Source of the DNA: Hyaloraphidium curvatum SAG 235-1
Lineage: Eukaryota > Fungi > Monoblepharomycota
Length of the DNA: 64,000 bases
Direction: 5' to 3'
Assembly: GCA_025558095.1 (NCBI GenBank)
Contig: JAIVFI010000001.1
Span: 496,001-560,000, forward strand
The translations under genes were made by a program, and so were the position numbers. The notes below the pieces were generated by a model. That model was not told the origin of the DNA. It did not search any database and saw only the letters and a list, made by a program, of their open reading frames with translations. Positions within the stretch are counted from its first letter, which is position 1, and the number at the start of each line of letters is the position of its first letter. Below are positions 12,627-23,849 of this stretch, in pieces.

Positions 12627-12685
12627 GTAATGAGGAGCTAAGGGGGGCGCCCGATCGGGGAGCCCCGATCAGCGCACAACCCCTT
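12627..12685. repeat. Short hairpin element carrying the same 14-mer as the 3' end of the CRE-type retroelement
   Basis: GTAATGAGGAGCTA (identical to 19047-19060) followed by the stem AAGGGG..GCGC..GATCGGGG-AG-CCCCGATC..GCGC..CCCCTT. Confidence 0.6.
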
Positions 12686-12761
12686 GGCGACCCCCAAACA
12701 GCCGTCCCCTCGGGGCCCGGTGGCCGCGGGCACGCCTCCGCCGCCCCGCGCGCGTCTCGGG

Positions 12762-15157
12762 ATGCCCGCCCTCGCGGGCCCGCCGGGCCAGGCGGACTAC
12801 GAGCGCGGGGCGTCTCTCAGCGCGGCGGGCCGCCACGCCGACGCGCTGCCGCACTTAAGGAGGGCGGCGTCGCGCGGCCACGCGCCCGCGGCGTTCGCGC
12901 TGGGCAACGCGCTGTACGCTGGACGGGGGCTGCCGGCGGACCGTGCGGAAGCCGCGGCGCTGTACCGGCAGGCGGCCGAGGCGGGCGACGCGGGGGCGAT
13001 GGGCGCCCTGGGCCACGTGCTGGAAAGGGGCGAGGGCGTCGAAGTGGACCTGATCGAGGCGGCGGCGTGGTACCGCAGATCGGCGGAGGGCGGCTGCGTG
13101 CTGTCGCAGCGGCGGCTGGCCGCCCTGTGCTTCGAAGGGCGGGGCACGGACCGGGACACTGGCCAAGCTCTGTTCTGGGGACACTGGCCAAGCTCTGTTC
13201 TGGGCGAGGAAGGCCGCCGAGGCCGGCGACGCCCCCGCCGCCGCCGCACTCGGCCGCATGCTGCGGGGCGGCATGGGCGTCGACGAAGACCCGGGCGAGG
13301 CCGTGCGGTGGCTGCGGTTCGCCGCCGACGCCGGCAACGCCCAGGCGCAGGCGGGGCTGGCCGCGTGCTACGCCGAGGGCAGGGGCGTCGAGAGGGACTT
13401 CGGGGAAGCCGCCCGCTTGTACGGCCTCGCGAGGGACCAGGGGTACCCGGGGGCCGCCAAGGCCCTGGCGAAGCTCGGGTCCGGGGGATCGGGACGGAGG
13501 ACGCCGCCGCCCGCCGCCCCCTCTTCCCCCGACCCGGTCTCCCCGACGACCTGGACCTCCGGTCCCGCCACCCCCGTCGACGCCTTCCGCAAGCGCGCCC
13601 CCTCCCCCCCGAAGCCGCAGCCCGACCCCGGACCGGCCGACGCCGCGGTCGAGGCCGGCAACGCCGCCGTCGCCGCCCGCCGCCGGATCTTTGCCCGCGA
13701 CTCCGGTGCGCCCGCGGGCGAGCGCAAGCCGCCGCAGCGCGTGGTCCGCACCGCGCTGTCGGCCCCTTCCCCGCCCGTTACGGTGACGCCGGCCCCGCCT
13801 CCCTCCGCCAAACCGGACCCCGACCCCGTCCCGCCGACCTTGACCCCCGCCGCCGGCGACCGCGCCCACCGCAGGGTCCTCGCCGCGCACTCGGCCCGCC
13901 CCGCGCAACCCCCCGCCCCGCGGGCGCGCTCCGAGTCCCCCGACCCGGAGCTCCGCCAGCTCGCGCTTGCCTCCGAGGCACTCCGCCTCCGCGAGGAGGA
14001 GCTCGGCCGCCTCGCGAGGGACGTGGCGCGGGTGCAGGCGGGCAGCGAACCGTCGCCGCCGCCCTCGCCGGAGCAGCTCGGGCGCGGGGTGGCGGCGCAG
14101 AAAGGGAGGCCGGGACCGCCGGGCGAGGCGGCCAAGCCCGCGAGGATGGCGGTCTCGCACGAGCGCTCGGGACTCTGGGTCGAGGAGCACGATGTCGCGA
14201 TCGACAGGACGCAGCGCCTGGGGAGGGGCGGGTTCTCGGAGGTGTTCAGGGGCACGATGAGGGGCCGCGAGGTGGCGGTCAAGGTGCTCCGGGAGGAAGG
14301 GGACGCCGAGGCCCTCAACAACAGGGCGACGATCGGCGCCAGGACGTTCTTCCAGGCCGAGGTGAGGGTGAGCGCCGAGGTGCCGGAGCACGAGAACGGT
14401 GCGTTCACCGGGCGATCGGGTGCCTCGCGGTCGTGCTGACGGCCCCCCGTGTGCCCGCCGTGTCAAGTCGTCGCGCTGCTGGGCTACCACACGTCCCCCT
14501 CCTTCATCGTCACCCCCTACTTTCCCGCCGGCACCCTCTCCGCTTACCTCTCCCGCCTGGGCTGGCCGCTCCCCGCCGCGCTCCCCCTGCTGCGGGACGT
14601 CGCCCGCGGGATGCGCCACCTGCACGCGCACTCGGTCGTGCACCACGACCTCAAGGCGGACAACGTGCTCGTCGACGCCGAACGCGACCCCCCGGTCGCC
14701 AAGATCTCGGACTTCGGGCTGGCCAAGCTCCGCGCGCCCACGGGGACCGACCCCTCCTCCGCAGGGGAAGCCTACCGCGGCCCCGCCGGCGCGACGTTCC
14801 GGTTCGCCCCGCCCGAGTACTTCGAGGGCGGGGCGATGGGGCGGCCGGCGGACGCGTGGATGTTCGGGATGCTGTGCTGGCAGGTGTGCTCGGGGGGGCA
14901 GCAACCGTTTGCGCACTGCGCGTACGATCGGGTGGTGGGTCCTCCGTTCCGCGCGTGCCCGTCCCTTTGGGGGGGAGCTGACCCGCACCCCGCTTCCGCG
15001 GCAGCTCATGCGCGCGCTCAACAGGGGCGAGCGGCCACCACGGCCCGAGGGGGTGCCGGACGGGCTGTGGGAGCTCGTTGGCAGGTGCTGGGCCGCGGCG
15101 CCGGGGGACAGGCCGGGGTTCGACGAGATCGTGGGGGTGGTGGAGGGGATGCTGTGA
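12762..15157 (+). CDS. Sel1-repeat + TKL protein kinase, frameshifted by a 25-bp tandem duplication
   Basis: Several Sel1 repeats (ALGNALYAGRGL, GEGVEVD, GMGVDED, GRGVERD), a Pro-rich linker, then kinase motifs LGRGGF, VAVK, HHDLKADN, DFG, APPE. Introns at ~14399-14468 and ~14935-15004. Confidence 0.88.
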
Positions 15158-15406
15158 CTGTGTTTGAGTAGTCGGGGACGGATGGCGTGTCGGCCGGAGG
15201 AGGAGATGCCGGGGAGAGGGTCGCGTGGGGATGGAGGTGGATTGCCTTTGGATCGAACAATGATGACTTCGTCGTGCGGAACGTTGCCGGCGGGGCGACG
15301 CCGGCTCCGGCCCCTGCTTGCGGCGCGCGAGTCGGGTCGCCGACCCGGTGCTCGGCGGAGCCACGTCGTCGCTGCCTTCTTCGCGCCCCGCCGCCTCGGC
15401 GCCGCC

Positions 15407-16075
15407 ATGTCGACGTTCTCCTTCCTCACGTACGGCATCTTTGTCGCCGCGGCCCTGCCCGCCGCGGCGGTGTGTTTCTGCATCTTCGCCGGCGGCTACG
15501 CGCTGTACCGGCACTTCAAGGCCCGCCGCACGCTGCCTCCCCCTGCGGGCCCCACGAAGCGATCGCGCCCGCCGCTGACGCGCGCGCAGCTCGACGCCGC
15601 GTTCCCCGAGCGGGACGGGACCGACGGCGACGGCGACTGCGCGGTGTGCCTCTCCGCCATGGCAGCCACGCGGGTGCGCGAAATGGGCTGCGGCCACGCG
15701 TTCCACTCGGCCTGCATTGCGGCGTGGCTGATGCGGGACTGGGAGAACCCGGGGGTCCCCGGGGAGGAGGGGACCGGGGACGCGTCCCGCGCTCCCGAGA
15801 CGGACACCTGGGATCGGACATCGCCGGCGGCCCCCAACGACGACGGGACGCCTCGCTCCCCTCCCGCACCTTCGGACGACGTCGAGATGGGGCACCTCCC
15901 GCCCGTGGGCGCGTACGAGGACGAGCCGGCGGTGGTGGAGTGCCCGCTGTGCCGGCGTCGGTACGAGCTGCCCCCCGGCGGCGGGTGGAGGGACGTCGGG
16001 GGGCGAGCGACACAGACTAGGAGTGTCGAGGCATCACGTTCGGGCGACACGAGCCAGGTTTCGGCCGCAGCGTAA
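15407..16075 (+). CDS. Membrane-anchored RING-H2 E3 ligase (ATL-like) with a long insertion in the RING
   Basis: N-terminal TM helix; CAVC..CGHAFHSACI..W then ~70 aa later CPLCR. Confidence 0.8.
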   Translation: MSTFSFLTYGIFVAAALPAAAVCFCIFAGGYALYRHFKARRTLPPPAGPTKRSRPPLTRAQLDAAFPERDGTDGDGDCAVCLSAMAATRVREMGCGHAFHSACIAAWLMRDWENPGVPGEEGTGDASRAPETDTWDRTSPAAPNDDGTPRSPPAPSDDVEMGHLPPVGAYEDEPAVVECPLCRRRYELPPGGGWRDVGGRATQTRSVEASRSGDTSQVSAAA

Positions 16076-16464
16076 CGGGTCGCCCTTGCGGAAGGAGCGG
16101 GGGAGGGCGTAGAGGTGCGAGGACGTGTGCAGCCCGCCTGGGGATCAGTCGTCTTCCACGGATCGGTAGCTACGGGGGTCGACTACGCCGTCGGGTCGCC
16201 TTTGGAGTTTCATCTCTGTATCTGGCCATCTACTGTTGTCTACAACCTGACTGCCCTGCTCATCAGACCCCGATCCGCCGCTCCCCGCCGTACAACGCGA
16301 CTCAAATAGCTTTATCCGCTGTCCAATCTCGTACCTCCATAAGTCCAGAGTTGCGCGGGATGATTCTCCGCCCTTGTCAACGAGCGGAAGCGGGTGCAAG
16401 GGCACGCGGAGCGCACGCGTCTCATCGACCGCTAGCGGCCCGGGGCGGGGCGGCGGCGGCAGCG

Positions 16465-18521
16465 ATGGCCGGCGCGTCCCGATTCTTCCTCGCCCGGCTG
16501 CCCGACGAGCTGCGGCTGCTCGCCCGGGCACCGCCGCTCCCGCGCCCCCGGCCGCCCGCATCCCCTCCCGCCCTCCGCGCTACCCTGTCCCGCGCTCCCC
16601 CGGCCATCCTCTGCAGCCGGCCACCAGCCGCCCTCCCAGCCTTCCTCCCGCCTTTTCCCCGCCGGATCCCCGCGCCATCGGCCCGGGCCTTCTCCCTTTC
16701 CGCGTTCCGCGGGGCACCGGCCAACCTCGGCGGCGGAGGAGCACGGGGCCCTCTGCCGCAGCCGCCGCCCGATCCCGCTGCCGACGGAAATGCCGCCGAT
16801 ACCGTGGCGGTCAAGGAGCGGAAGCTGGTGTTTTCCGAGGCCGGGACGATCGGTGGGAGTGCCGCGTTGCCGGCCGCAAGACGCCCCCTGACCCGCCGGG
16901 CAGTCCGGCTCGCGGCGCCCATCTCGGGCGCGTACCTCATCTCGATGGCATCGCAGTTCACGTCGATGTTCTACCTCGGCCACCTCGGCGCCACGGAGCT
17001 CGCCGCCGCCGCCATGGCGATCATGTAGTGGGTGTCTCGACGCTGCCGCCCTGCAAGCAAGTCAACCCAAGCTGATCTCGCGTTCCACCCCCCGATAAGC
17101 TGCAACGTGACGGGCTACTCCATCATCATCGGCCTCGCCACCTCCCTCGACACCCTCTGCGCGCAGACCTTCACCTCGCCCACCGCGCGCCCCGGCGCCC
17201 TCGGCGTGCTCATGCAGCGCGGCTGGGTGCTGCTCCTGCTCGTCACGCTGCCGGTCGCCTACGCGTGGCTGAATGCGGAGCGGGTGCTGCTGTACCTGGG
17301 GCAGGAAGCGGATGTGGCGAGGCTGGCGGGGGACTATGCCCGGACCGCCATTGTCGCGCGTACGTGGATGGCCGGCCGGCGCGCCGTTCGGGTCCAATTG
17401 ACACCGCGCCCCGTCCAGTGATCCCGCTGGCCATCTCGGAGCCGGTCAAGCGCTTCCTCCAGGCCCAGCAGGTCATGCGCGCGGCCACCTACGCCTCGCT
17501 GCTCGCCCTCTCGCTCACCTTCCCCCTCAACTACCTCCTCGTCTCGCCCGCCGTGCCCTTCCTAACCATGGGGTTCCACGGGGCGCCGGTGGTCTACGCG
17601 CTCGTGTCGTGGGCCAACGCCGGCTTCCTGCTCGTCTACGCGCGGCGCTTCTCGGGCGTGTGGAAGGGCGCGTGGGCCGGGTTCGACGGCGCGAGGGTGT
17701 TCACCCGCGCCGGGTTCGCCGCGCTGCTCGCCTTGGGGCTGCCGGGGGTCCTGCAGGTCGGCGCGGAATGGTGGGCCTGGGAGGTCTCGTCGCTCATGTC
17801 GGGCTGGCTCGGCACGCGCCCGCTGGCGGCGCAGAGCGTGCTCATCACCGTGACCACGGTGACCTACTGCATCCCCCTCGGGCTCGCCGTGGCGGCGTCG
17901 GTGAGGGTGGGCAACCACCTCGGCGCGGGCCGTGCGGCCCTCGCGAAAGCCGCCTCCCGCGCCGCGATCCTCCTCGCGGGCACCTTCGGCTTCGCCAACG
18001 CCGCCTTCCTGCACCTCACCCGCCGCTCGTGGGGCCCCTTCCTGACCTCCGACACCCGCGTCTCGGACGCCGTCGCCGAAACCCTGCCGCTGGCCGCGCT
18101 GTTCCAGGTCAACGACGGGTTCTCGGCCGTCGGCGGCGGGGTGATGCGGGGCTGCGGGTACCAGGGGCTCGGGGCCGCGTACGCGGTGCTGGGGTTCTAC
18201 GTGCTGGGCCTGCCGGCGGGGTACTGGCTGGCGTTCCGGAGCAGGGTGTTTGGGGACCCGCCGCCGGCCGAGGAGGTCGGGGCGGAGCGAGGGGAGGGGC
18301 CGGACACGGGAGTGGCTGGCGGCCACGGGACAAAGGGCCCCGCGCACGCCGCCGTCGAGGGCGAAGGGCTAAAGGGCATCTGGCGTGGGCTCAGCCTGGG
18401 CCTGTTCATCATGAGCGTGCTGCAGACGCGGTTCGTGCTCGGGCTGGACATGGGGAAGGAGGCGGCGCGGGCGGCGGTGCGGACCTCGCGGGCGACGCAG
18501 GTGCGGCACGCGGTGGACTAG
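16465..18521 (+). CDS. MATE-family efflux transporter
   Basis: Motifs LGHLGATELAA, GLATSLDTLCAQ, EWWAWE, SVRVGNHLGAG, GGVMRGCG. Three short introns. Confidence 0.95.
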
Positions 18522-19089
18522 GCGCGCTGGGGGGCGGATGGAAGGATACCCGGGCATAGATGGAGCCTGCTTCGAAACATCTACAATTCGCTCTCCGATG
18601 ACTCCACCCCCTCCTCCTCTTCGTGCTGCGCAACCGGTGCCACCGTGCCCGCCGGCGTTGTGCGCGTGCCCGCGTCCGGGTTGTGGTTGGCAGGTGCCGG
18701 TGGAACCCCGATCGTGCCGGCCCCGCTGCTCTCCCCGTCGCCGAGTACAAAATCTTGGCCGACCTGGGACCGCTTGGCCTTGCCGCCCTCCCCCTCCGCC
18801 GGCGCCCCGAAGCCATGCCAGTTGATGAACTCTTCCTCCTCTTTGCCCCGCTTAGCTTCGGCGGGAACGCGGGGTGCGACGGTCCGGGTCAGAACCGGGC
18901 CTGAAGCTCCAACCCGGCGCGCGAATCCCGCTCGGCTCTTCGGGTCAGGCAGGCCCTGTACGTGAATTAGCGAACGGCGCTGAGTATACTTAGCAAACGG
19001 CCGGGGAAAGTCGTTGCGGAAGGTTTCCGGAGACGGGCGTCAGTGTGTAATGAGGAGCTAGCAATCCCACCGTACACGTAGAAATCCCC

Positions 19090-22000
19090 CTACGCCCCAA
19101 GAATCAGCTCCTCATCTACATTCAAACCAAAAGCGACCGGCGCGGGGGCCGGAGCGTTGACAGCGGCGGCTTCGGTGCACAGCTGAAGCCAGTGTTGGAG
19201 TTGGGCCGCGACGCCAAGAGCCCAGGCCACCGCGATCCGGTCGCGGAAGCGCCGCACAAAACGAGAGTAAAGGCCATCGAGGTCCACGGGCTGCCCATCG
19301 CGGCCGACGATCCCGGGATACTGGATGCGCCCCATCTCCGAGGAGAAGCGCGAGAAAGTGGCAGAGACAGCGCTGTACGAATCAAAAGCAAGCACGATCA
19401 GAGGGTAGAAGTTGGCGTTGAAGACGAAACGGGAGTAGTCCTTCCTGGCGGCCTCGACCCGCCGTTCGACTGCGTGGCCCGGGACCGAGAAGACCAGGCC
19501 CGTGTGCAAATGGGCCATAGAGGTGAGGGTCTTGATCTCGAGCAACCACCGTGTCCGGGTTTCGCGGTGCGTGATGAGAATGTCGCCAAGGCGGCCAGCA
19601 TCCGCAGGCGTGGGCGGGGTGACAGTCTCGTAGCCATGCGCAAGGAGGTTTGGCGGCATGGGGTGCACGCGGAGGAGCGGGATGGAGCGAAGCGCCGCGC
19701 GGATGGCCGCGCAAATGTCGTCGTGACCAGGACTGAAGAGATCCCGGCCATAGCAGCCCGAGAACGCGTGCTCCCCCGTCAGCGACATGGCCGATCGCTT
19801 GCAGCCCCGCCGGCAGGGCAAGGAAAGACCAGGGTAGTCGGCCTCGTGCAGGAGCGGGAGGCAAAGCCGGAAGCGTACAAGTAAGCGGAAAAAGTTGTTG
19901 CGAATGTGGTTGGCAAGCAGCGCGGGAGAGGCAGTCAGGAAAGCCGACAGGCCGTCCTGCGCCTGGACGAGCCGCTTGCGGCGCTCCAGACCAGCGGAAG
20001 TGTCGGGTTGCAAGGCAATCAGAGCCGCGAGGCGGCGCTGGTCCTCGAGACGCGTAAGGTCGCTCTGCAGGCCGTGCCAGACCGGCTGAGCGAAGAAACT
20101 GGCGTCCGCAGGGAGCGTACGGCGGGCGGGCGCGGCGCCCACCGGTTGCCCAGCACGCGCAGCCTCGGCGTACGCTGCGGCCGTGTCATCCTCGACACGC
20201 TCAAAGGCGGGGCGGAGGGCCTCGATGACAGGAACCAGTTCCCGCACGTGCTCCACGCCCACACCCCGGGCCGAGGTTCGAAGACCAAGCATGGCGTCCA
20301 AGGGGCCCGCCGTGAGGTTGAGTGAAGACAGGTAAGCCGCCGAGGCCACCTTCTCCGATGACAGAAGCCCCATCCCCGAGTAGTGCAGACCCAAGAATAC
20401 CTGCTCCCGCACAGTCCGACCCTCCACCGACAGCGGATCCAGATCCTCGGCCCGATCTCCCAGCAAGCGCAAAAAGGTGGTGAAAAGCGCGTTGTCAAGA
20501 CGTCGAGCAAAGGGTTGGGTAACCGAGGGGGGGAGAATGCGGAGCCAAAACGAGAAGAGCTGGGTCACACAGAGACGGAGGAGGGAGTACAGGCCCTGGA
20601 GGGAGGGGATGTCGGCCGGCATGGCGTAGCCGAGCGCGGCGCGCTCGATGTCATCGAGAAGAGCGGCAATGGAGTCGATCTTGGCCGCGAGGAACGACTC
20701 CACGTAGGCAGGGGTGCCGACCGGGGCACCTACCACCTTGAGGCCGCACGAGCGAGCGAAGTCAGGCGAGCCCGGGGCCGACGCCGTGGCATGCACCTCG
20801 GGGTCGGCCTCGTGAGGCGGGAAGCCAGCGACGCGGATGTTGTGGGCCGCACCGGCCGCGCGCACCCGCTCCAGCACGGCCGGGTTCGTCGAGAGCGAAA
20901 GCAGGTAGCTCTTGTCCGGGCGGTGGGTCATGCCGAGGGAAGAAAGGCCGTCACGCACCTCTCCCAGGACGGCCATGACCGAGTCCAGCGGCCCGACCAC
21001 GGTGAGGTCGTCGAGGTACCCAAGGATGAGGCAGTCGGGGTGCCCAGAGCGGATGGGCCGCAGCATGCGGCTCATGGCGCAGGAGAAGATGGCAGACGAC
21101 AGCGGGTCGCCCTGGATGTTGCCCTCGTACATGGTGATCCGGAAAAGGAGCTCCGCCGAGCGCCGGTCGCGGAAGTAGGCGTGGGAAGGGCGCGAGTAAA
21201 CGAGGTTGTAGTACGGGATAAGCTGAGGCACCTGGCGGACCACCTCGCGCGCGAAGAGGCGGCGCAGCGTATTGAAGGCGTTCCTAGAGTCGACCTTCAT
21301 GACGACGTGGTCGGGGAAGGCCGCCAGCCACGCGTTCACCGCGTGGGCGGTCGCCTCCGCGCCCCCGTCCACCCCGTGACCCAGGTCCTCCTGCTGTTGG
21401 AGCTTCCTCAGAAGAGCCTTGTGCCGCACGGCCAGGTACGAGCCCGCGAGCCGCGTGATGCCCTCCATAATGCCAATCGGCCGGAGCCCCCCCTCCGGCT
21501 TGAGCAGAGGGACGAGGATTTGATCCGTGAGGAGCGGCCGGAGCATGGGGGTGTCGAGTCGGCCAGTGCACACGCCGTGCACCATGGCCGCCAGCGGGCG
21601 GAGCTTCCGCCGCGTCGCGTCGTTCTCGCAGTTGTGCACGATGAAAAGTTTGGCCATGCTGAAACCCGACATGCCGGCCCCCACGCCGTCCTTCTTCCGG
21701 CGCAACCGGGCCCAGATGTCCTCCAGGAAAGCCGCGTCCGTGTAGGCAGGGCAGGGCGCGGGCGCGTTGGGGGGCAGAGACAGCCGACACAGCGGCTCTC
21801 CCTCCCGCGGCCCCGGGTACAGCTCCTCCAGTTCCGCCTGAAGCGTGGGCGTGAAGCCAGCCGGAACGGCCTCCCCCGAGAGGGCCGCGGACGCAGCACC
21901 AGGAGCGCCCTTCAAGGCGGCAAGCACGATGGACTTGAAGAGCTGGTAGTTGAGCGGCCGCAGCCCGTCCCGCCGCGCGCCCCGGTTGACCTGACGGGCG

Positions 22001-23001
22001 GCGAAGTAGTTCTGCTCGTACATGTAGTCCCCCGACATGACGTAGCCGCCAAATGCAAGGTAGGCGGTGAGAGTGCGGTGCAGGTCGGTTTCCGGCGCCG
22101 CCGGGTCCTCGTAGGCCCGTTGGAAAGACTCGCTGGCCCGGAAGGCGAGCGTGCTCCAGGTGGTGGTCCGGTAGCGGTGCTTCAGCGGCTCCGGCGGCGG
22201 CGCCCCCGCGCCCCCGCCCGGCGGCGGATCAGGCCCGGGACCCCCGGGTGGACCACCGTCGCCCGGGTCGCCCGGATCACCGCCGTTGCCGTGCCCGCCA
22301 GCCGCGGCGTTGCCGCCCGGCGCGCCGTCGCCGCCTGGGGGATCACCGCCGTCCGGGGCGGCACGCGCCGCCGCCGCCGCCGCCGCCAGCGCCGCCCGTT
22401 GCGCCTGGCCGTCCTGCGGGGCGTCGGCCGCAACCCGGGCGGCCGCAAGGGCCGCCATCAGCGCGGGCGCGGGTGGCGAAGCACGGGGAGATGCCGACGA
22501 TGCCGCTGGTGACGCCGGTCCCTCCGCGCGTCCCGTGGCAGCCGCCCGCTCGGCACGCACGCGGTCGAGGAACTCGACGAGATCGGGTGGAAGCGAAGCT
22601 AAAGAGACGCCGAGTGGCGGGTTAGCTGCGTCCGGGTTGCACGAGGTGTGCTGTCCAGAAACACCGGCACCAGAGGCGTTTGCGGCGTAGGGACGCCGGC
22701 AACCCCCGCACCGCGCTAGCCCCATGGCGCGCAACGCATCGGCAGACAGGCGCTGCATCGCCAACCAGTGCTCCGGGCTCCGTGTGACCCGAAGATGACC
22801 GTCCCGTTTGTTTTTGTTTGGAGTTGGCTGGAAGCGGCAACCATCAACCGGGCACGCATGGAGGCCGGGTTCAGCAGGCGCCTCCGCCATCGGCACATCG
22901 CCGTCGATGCAAGATTGGTGATGATGAGATAGAGCTCCGATGTTGGCGAAAGCTGCCGCGCAGCGGTGGCAGCTGTAAGGCAGGAGCGGCGTGCGGCTCA
23001 T
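19090..23001 (-). CDS. Zinc finger + reverse transcriptase + restriction-like endonuclease (CRE clade), 1303 aa, intact
   Basis: N-terminal C2H2/C2HC fingers; RT motifs LRPIGI, DSRNAFN, QGDPLS, YLDD, LKVVGAPVG; CCHC (CRRGC..EHAFSGC..HD) and RLE core (GDILI..LEIKT..K..Y). Confidence 0.95.
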   Translation of the reverse strand: MSRTPLLPYSCHRCAAAFANIGALSHHHQSCIDGDVPMAEAPAEPGLHACPVDGCRFQPTPNKNKRDGHLRVTRSPEHWLAMQRLSADALRAMGLARCGGCRRPYAANASGAGVSGQHTSCNPDAANPPLGVSLASLPPDLVEFLDRVRAERAAATGRAEGPASPAASSASPRASPPAPALMAALAAARVAADAPQDGQAQRAALAAAAAAARAAPDGGDPPGGDGAPGGNAAAGGHGNGGDPGDPGDGGPPGGPGPDPPPGGGAGAPPPEPLKHRYRTTTWSTLAFRASESFQRAYEDPAAPETDLHRTLTAYLAFGGYVMSGDYMYEQNYFAARQVNRGARRDGLRPLNYQLFKSIVLAALKGAPGAASAALSGEAVPAGFTPTLQAELEELYPGPREGEPLCRLSLPPNAPAPCPAYTDAAFLEDIWARLRRKKDGVGAGMSGFSMAKLFIVHNCENDATRRKLRPLAAMVHGVCTGRLDTPMLRPLLTDQILVPLLKPEGGLRPIGIMEGITRLAGSYLAVRHKALLRKLQQQEDLGHGVDGGAEATAHAVNAWLAAFPDHVVMKVDSRNAFNTLRRLFAREVVRQVPQLIPYYNLVYSRPSHAYFRDRRSAELLFRITMYEGNIQGDPLSSAIFSCAMSRMLRPIRSGHPDCLILGYLDDLTVVGPLDSVMAVLGEVRDGLSSLGMTHRPDKSYLLSLSTNPAVLERVRAAGAAHNIRVAGFPPHEADPEVHATASAPGSPDFARSCGLKVVGAPVGTPAYVESFLAAKIDSIAALLDDIERAALGYAMPADIPSLQGLYSLLRLCVTQLFSFWLRILPPSVTQPFARRLDNALFTTFLRLLGDRAEDLDPLSVEGRTVREQVFLGLHYSGMGLLSSEKVASAAYLSSLNLTAGPLDAMLGLRTSARGVGVEHVRELVPVIEALRPAFERVEDDTAAAYAEAARAGQPVGAAPARRTLPADASFFAQPVWHGLQSDLTRLEDQRRLAALIALQPDTSAGLERRKRLVQAQDGLSAFLTASPALLANHIRNNFFRLLVRFRLCLPLLHEADYPGLSLPCRRGCKRSAMSLTGEHAFSGCYGRDLFSPGHDDICAAIRAALRSIPLLRVHPMPPNLLAHGYETVTPPTPADAGRLGDILITHRETRTRWLLEIKTLTSMAHLHTGLVFSVPGHAVERRVEAARKDYSRFVFNANFYPLIVLAFDSYSAVSATFSRFSSEMGRIQYPGIVGRDGQPVDLDGLYSRFVRRFRDRIAVAWALGVAAQLQHWLQLCTEAAAVNAPAPAPVAFGLNVDEELILGA

Positions 23002-23849
23002 GGCGAATACGGTGGCGGCGGCGATGCCGGTGTCCCGCCGCCAGGATCAGCTACCGCGGACGGTGCCTTGTCCGACGAGATCTCCCAATCGTCGAGCGCA
23101 TGTGTCCGCATCCAAACCTCCTGTGACTCGGTCAGGTCGCCCCCCGCCCTGTGCCAGGCCGCAAGCGCCGACCACGCGTCACCGATAGCATCACGGCCGC
23201 CGTCATCGAGGAGCTCGGAACCTGGCCATTCGAGGTGCGCCGGCGAACCGGGCTCCGTGTGAGCATACCAAGGAGGCAAGGTGCGCGTCGGAGTGGATAC
23301 TTCCGAGGAGCTCTGCCCCCCCCCGGCCGTTGGTGCCGGCGGCGTGCCGGGGGTTGTGCGGGGCGGCGCAGGCGGCAGCTGCAAGCTCGGCACGGCGGTT
23401 GCAGCTGGGGTTTCCCACGGAGGATGGCCTGGGTGCGCCGAGAGCATGGAAGCGGCCGAAGCCGGGGCATCAGCGATCAAGATCTGCGATGACGAGGAGG
23501 GAGATACTTCCGAGCATGCCGCCCCTTTCCCCCCCGCTGGTGCCGGCAAGCGGGAGGAGCCGCGGGGCGGCGTGGGCAGAGTGTGACCCTCGGCCAAGCT
23601 AGGCACGGCATTTGGCCGAGGGGCCCCGGGGGACGCGGGGTCAATGTCGGAAGTCTCCCCTGCTGCCGCGAACGGCCTCGGAACTCGGTGAGACGTTGTA
23701 GATAGTGGTAGTTGGCGTACCGGTGAAGACTGCAAAACAGCAAAAGATGGAGGGGCTGACCGCGCCCGGGAGGTATCCGGACGAGCTCGGCGCCGAGAAG
23801 AGCAGCCCACTACTCGGCGTTGCCACTTGCTTGGTGGTGTTTTAGGCAT
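22998..23849 (-). CDS. Middle ORF (283 aa, Pro/Ser-rich) of the non-LTR element
   Basis: Its start overlaps the ORF1 stop (ATGCCTAA) and its stop overlaps the RT start (ATGA). Small Trp-rich C-terminal segment DAWSALAAWHRAGGDLTESQEVWMRTH. Confidence 0.5.
   Translation of the reverse strand: MPKTPPSKWQRRVVGCSSRRRARPDTSRARSAPPSFAVLQSSPVRQLPLSTTSHRVPRPFAAAGETSDIDPASPGAPRPNAVPSLAEGHTLPTPPRGSSRLPAPAGGKGAACSEVSPSSSSQILIADAPASAASMLSAHPGHPPWETPAATAVPSLQLPPAPPRTTPGTPPAPTAGGGQSSSEVSTPTRTLPPWYAHTEPGSPAHLEWPGSELLDDGGRDAIGDAWSALAAWHRAGGDLTESQEVWMRTHALDDWEISSDKAPSAVADPGGGTPASPPPPYSP

Noticed and set aside
12817-15483. 888-aa minus-strand ORF
   Set aside because: Antisense shadow of the Sel1-kinase gene.
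18870-18960. Possible ribozyme or structured RNA next to the retroelement end
   Set aside because: No HDV or hammerhead core could be identified by eye.
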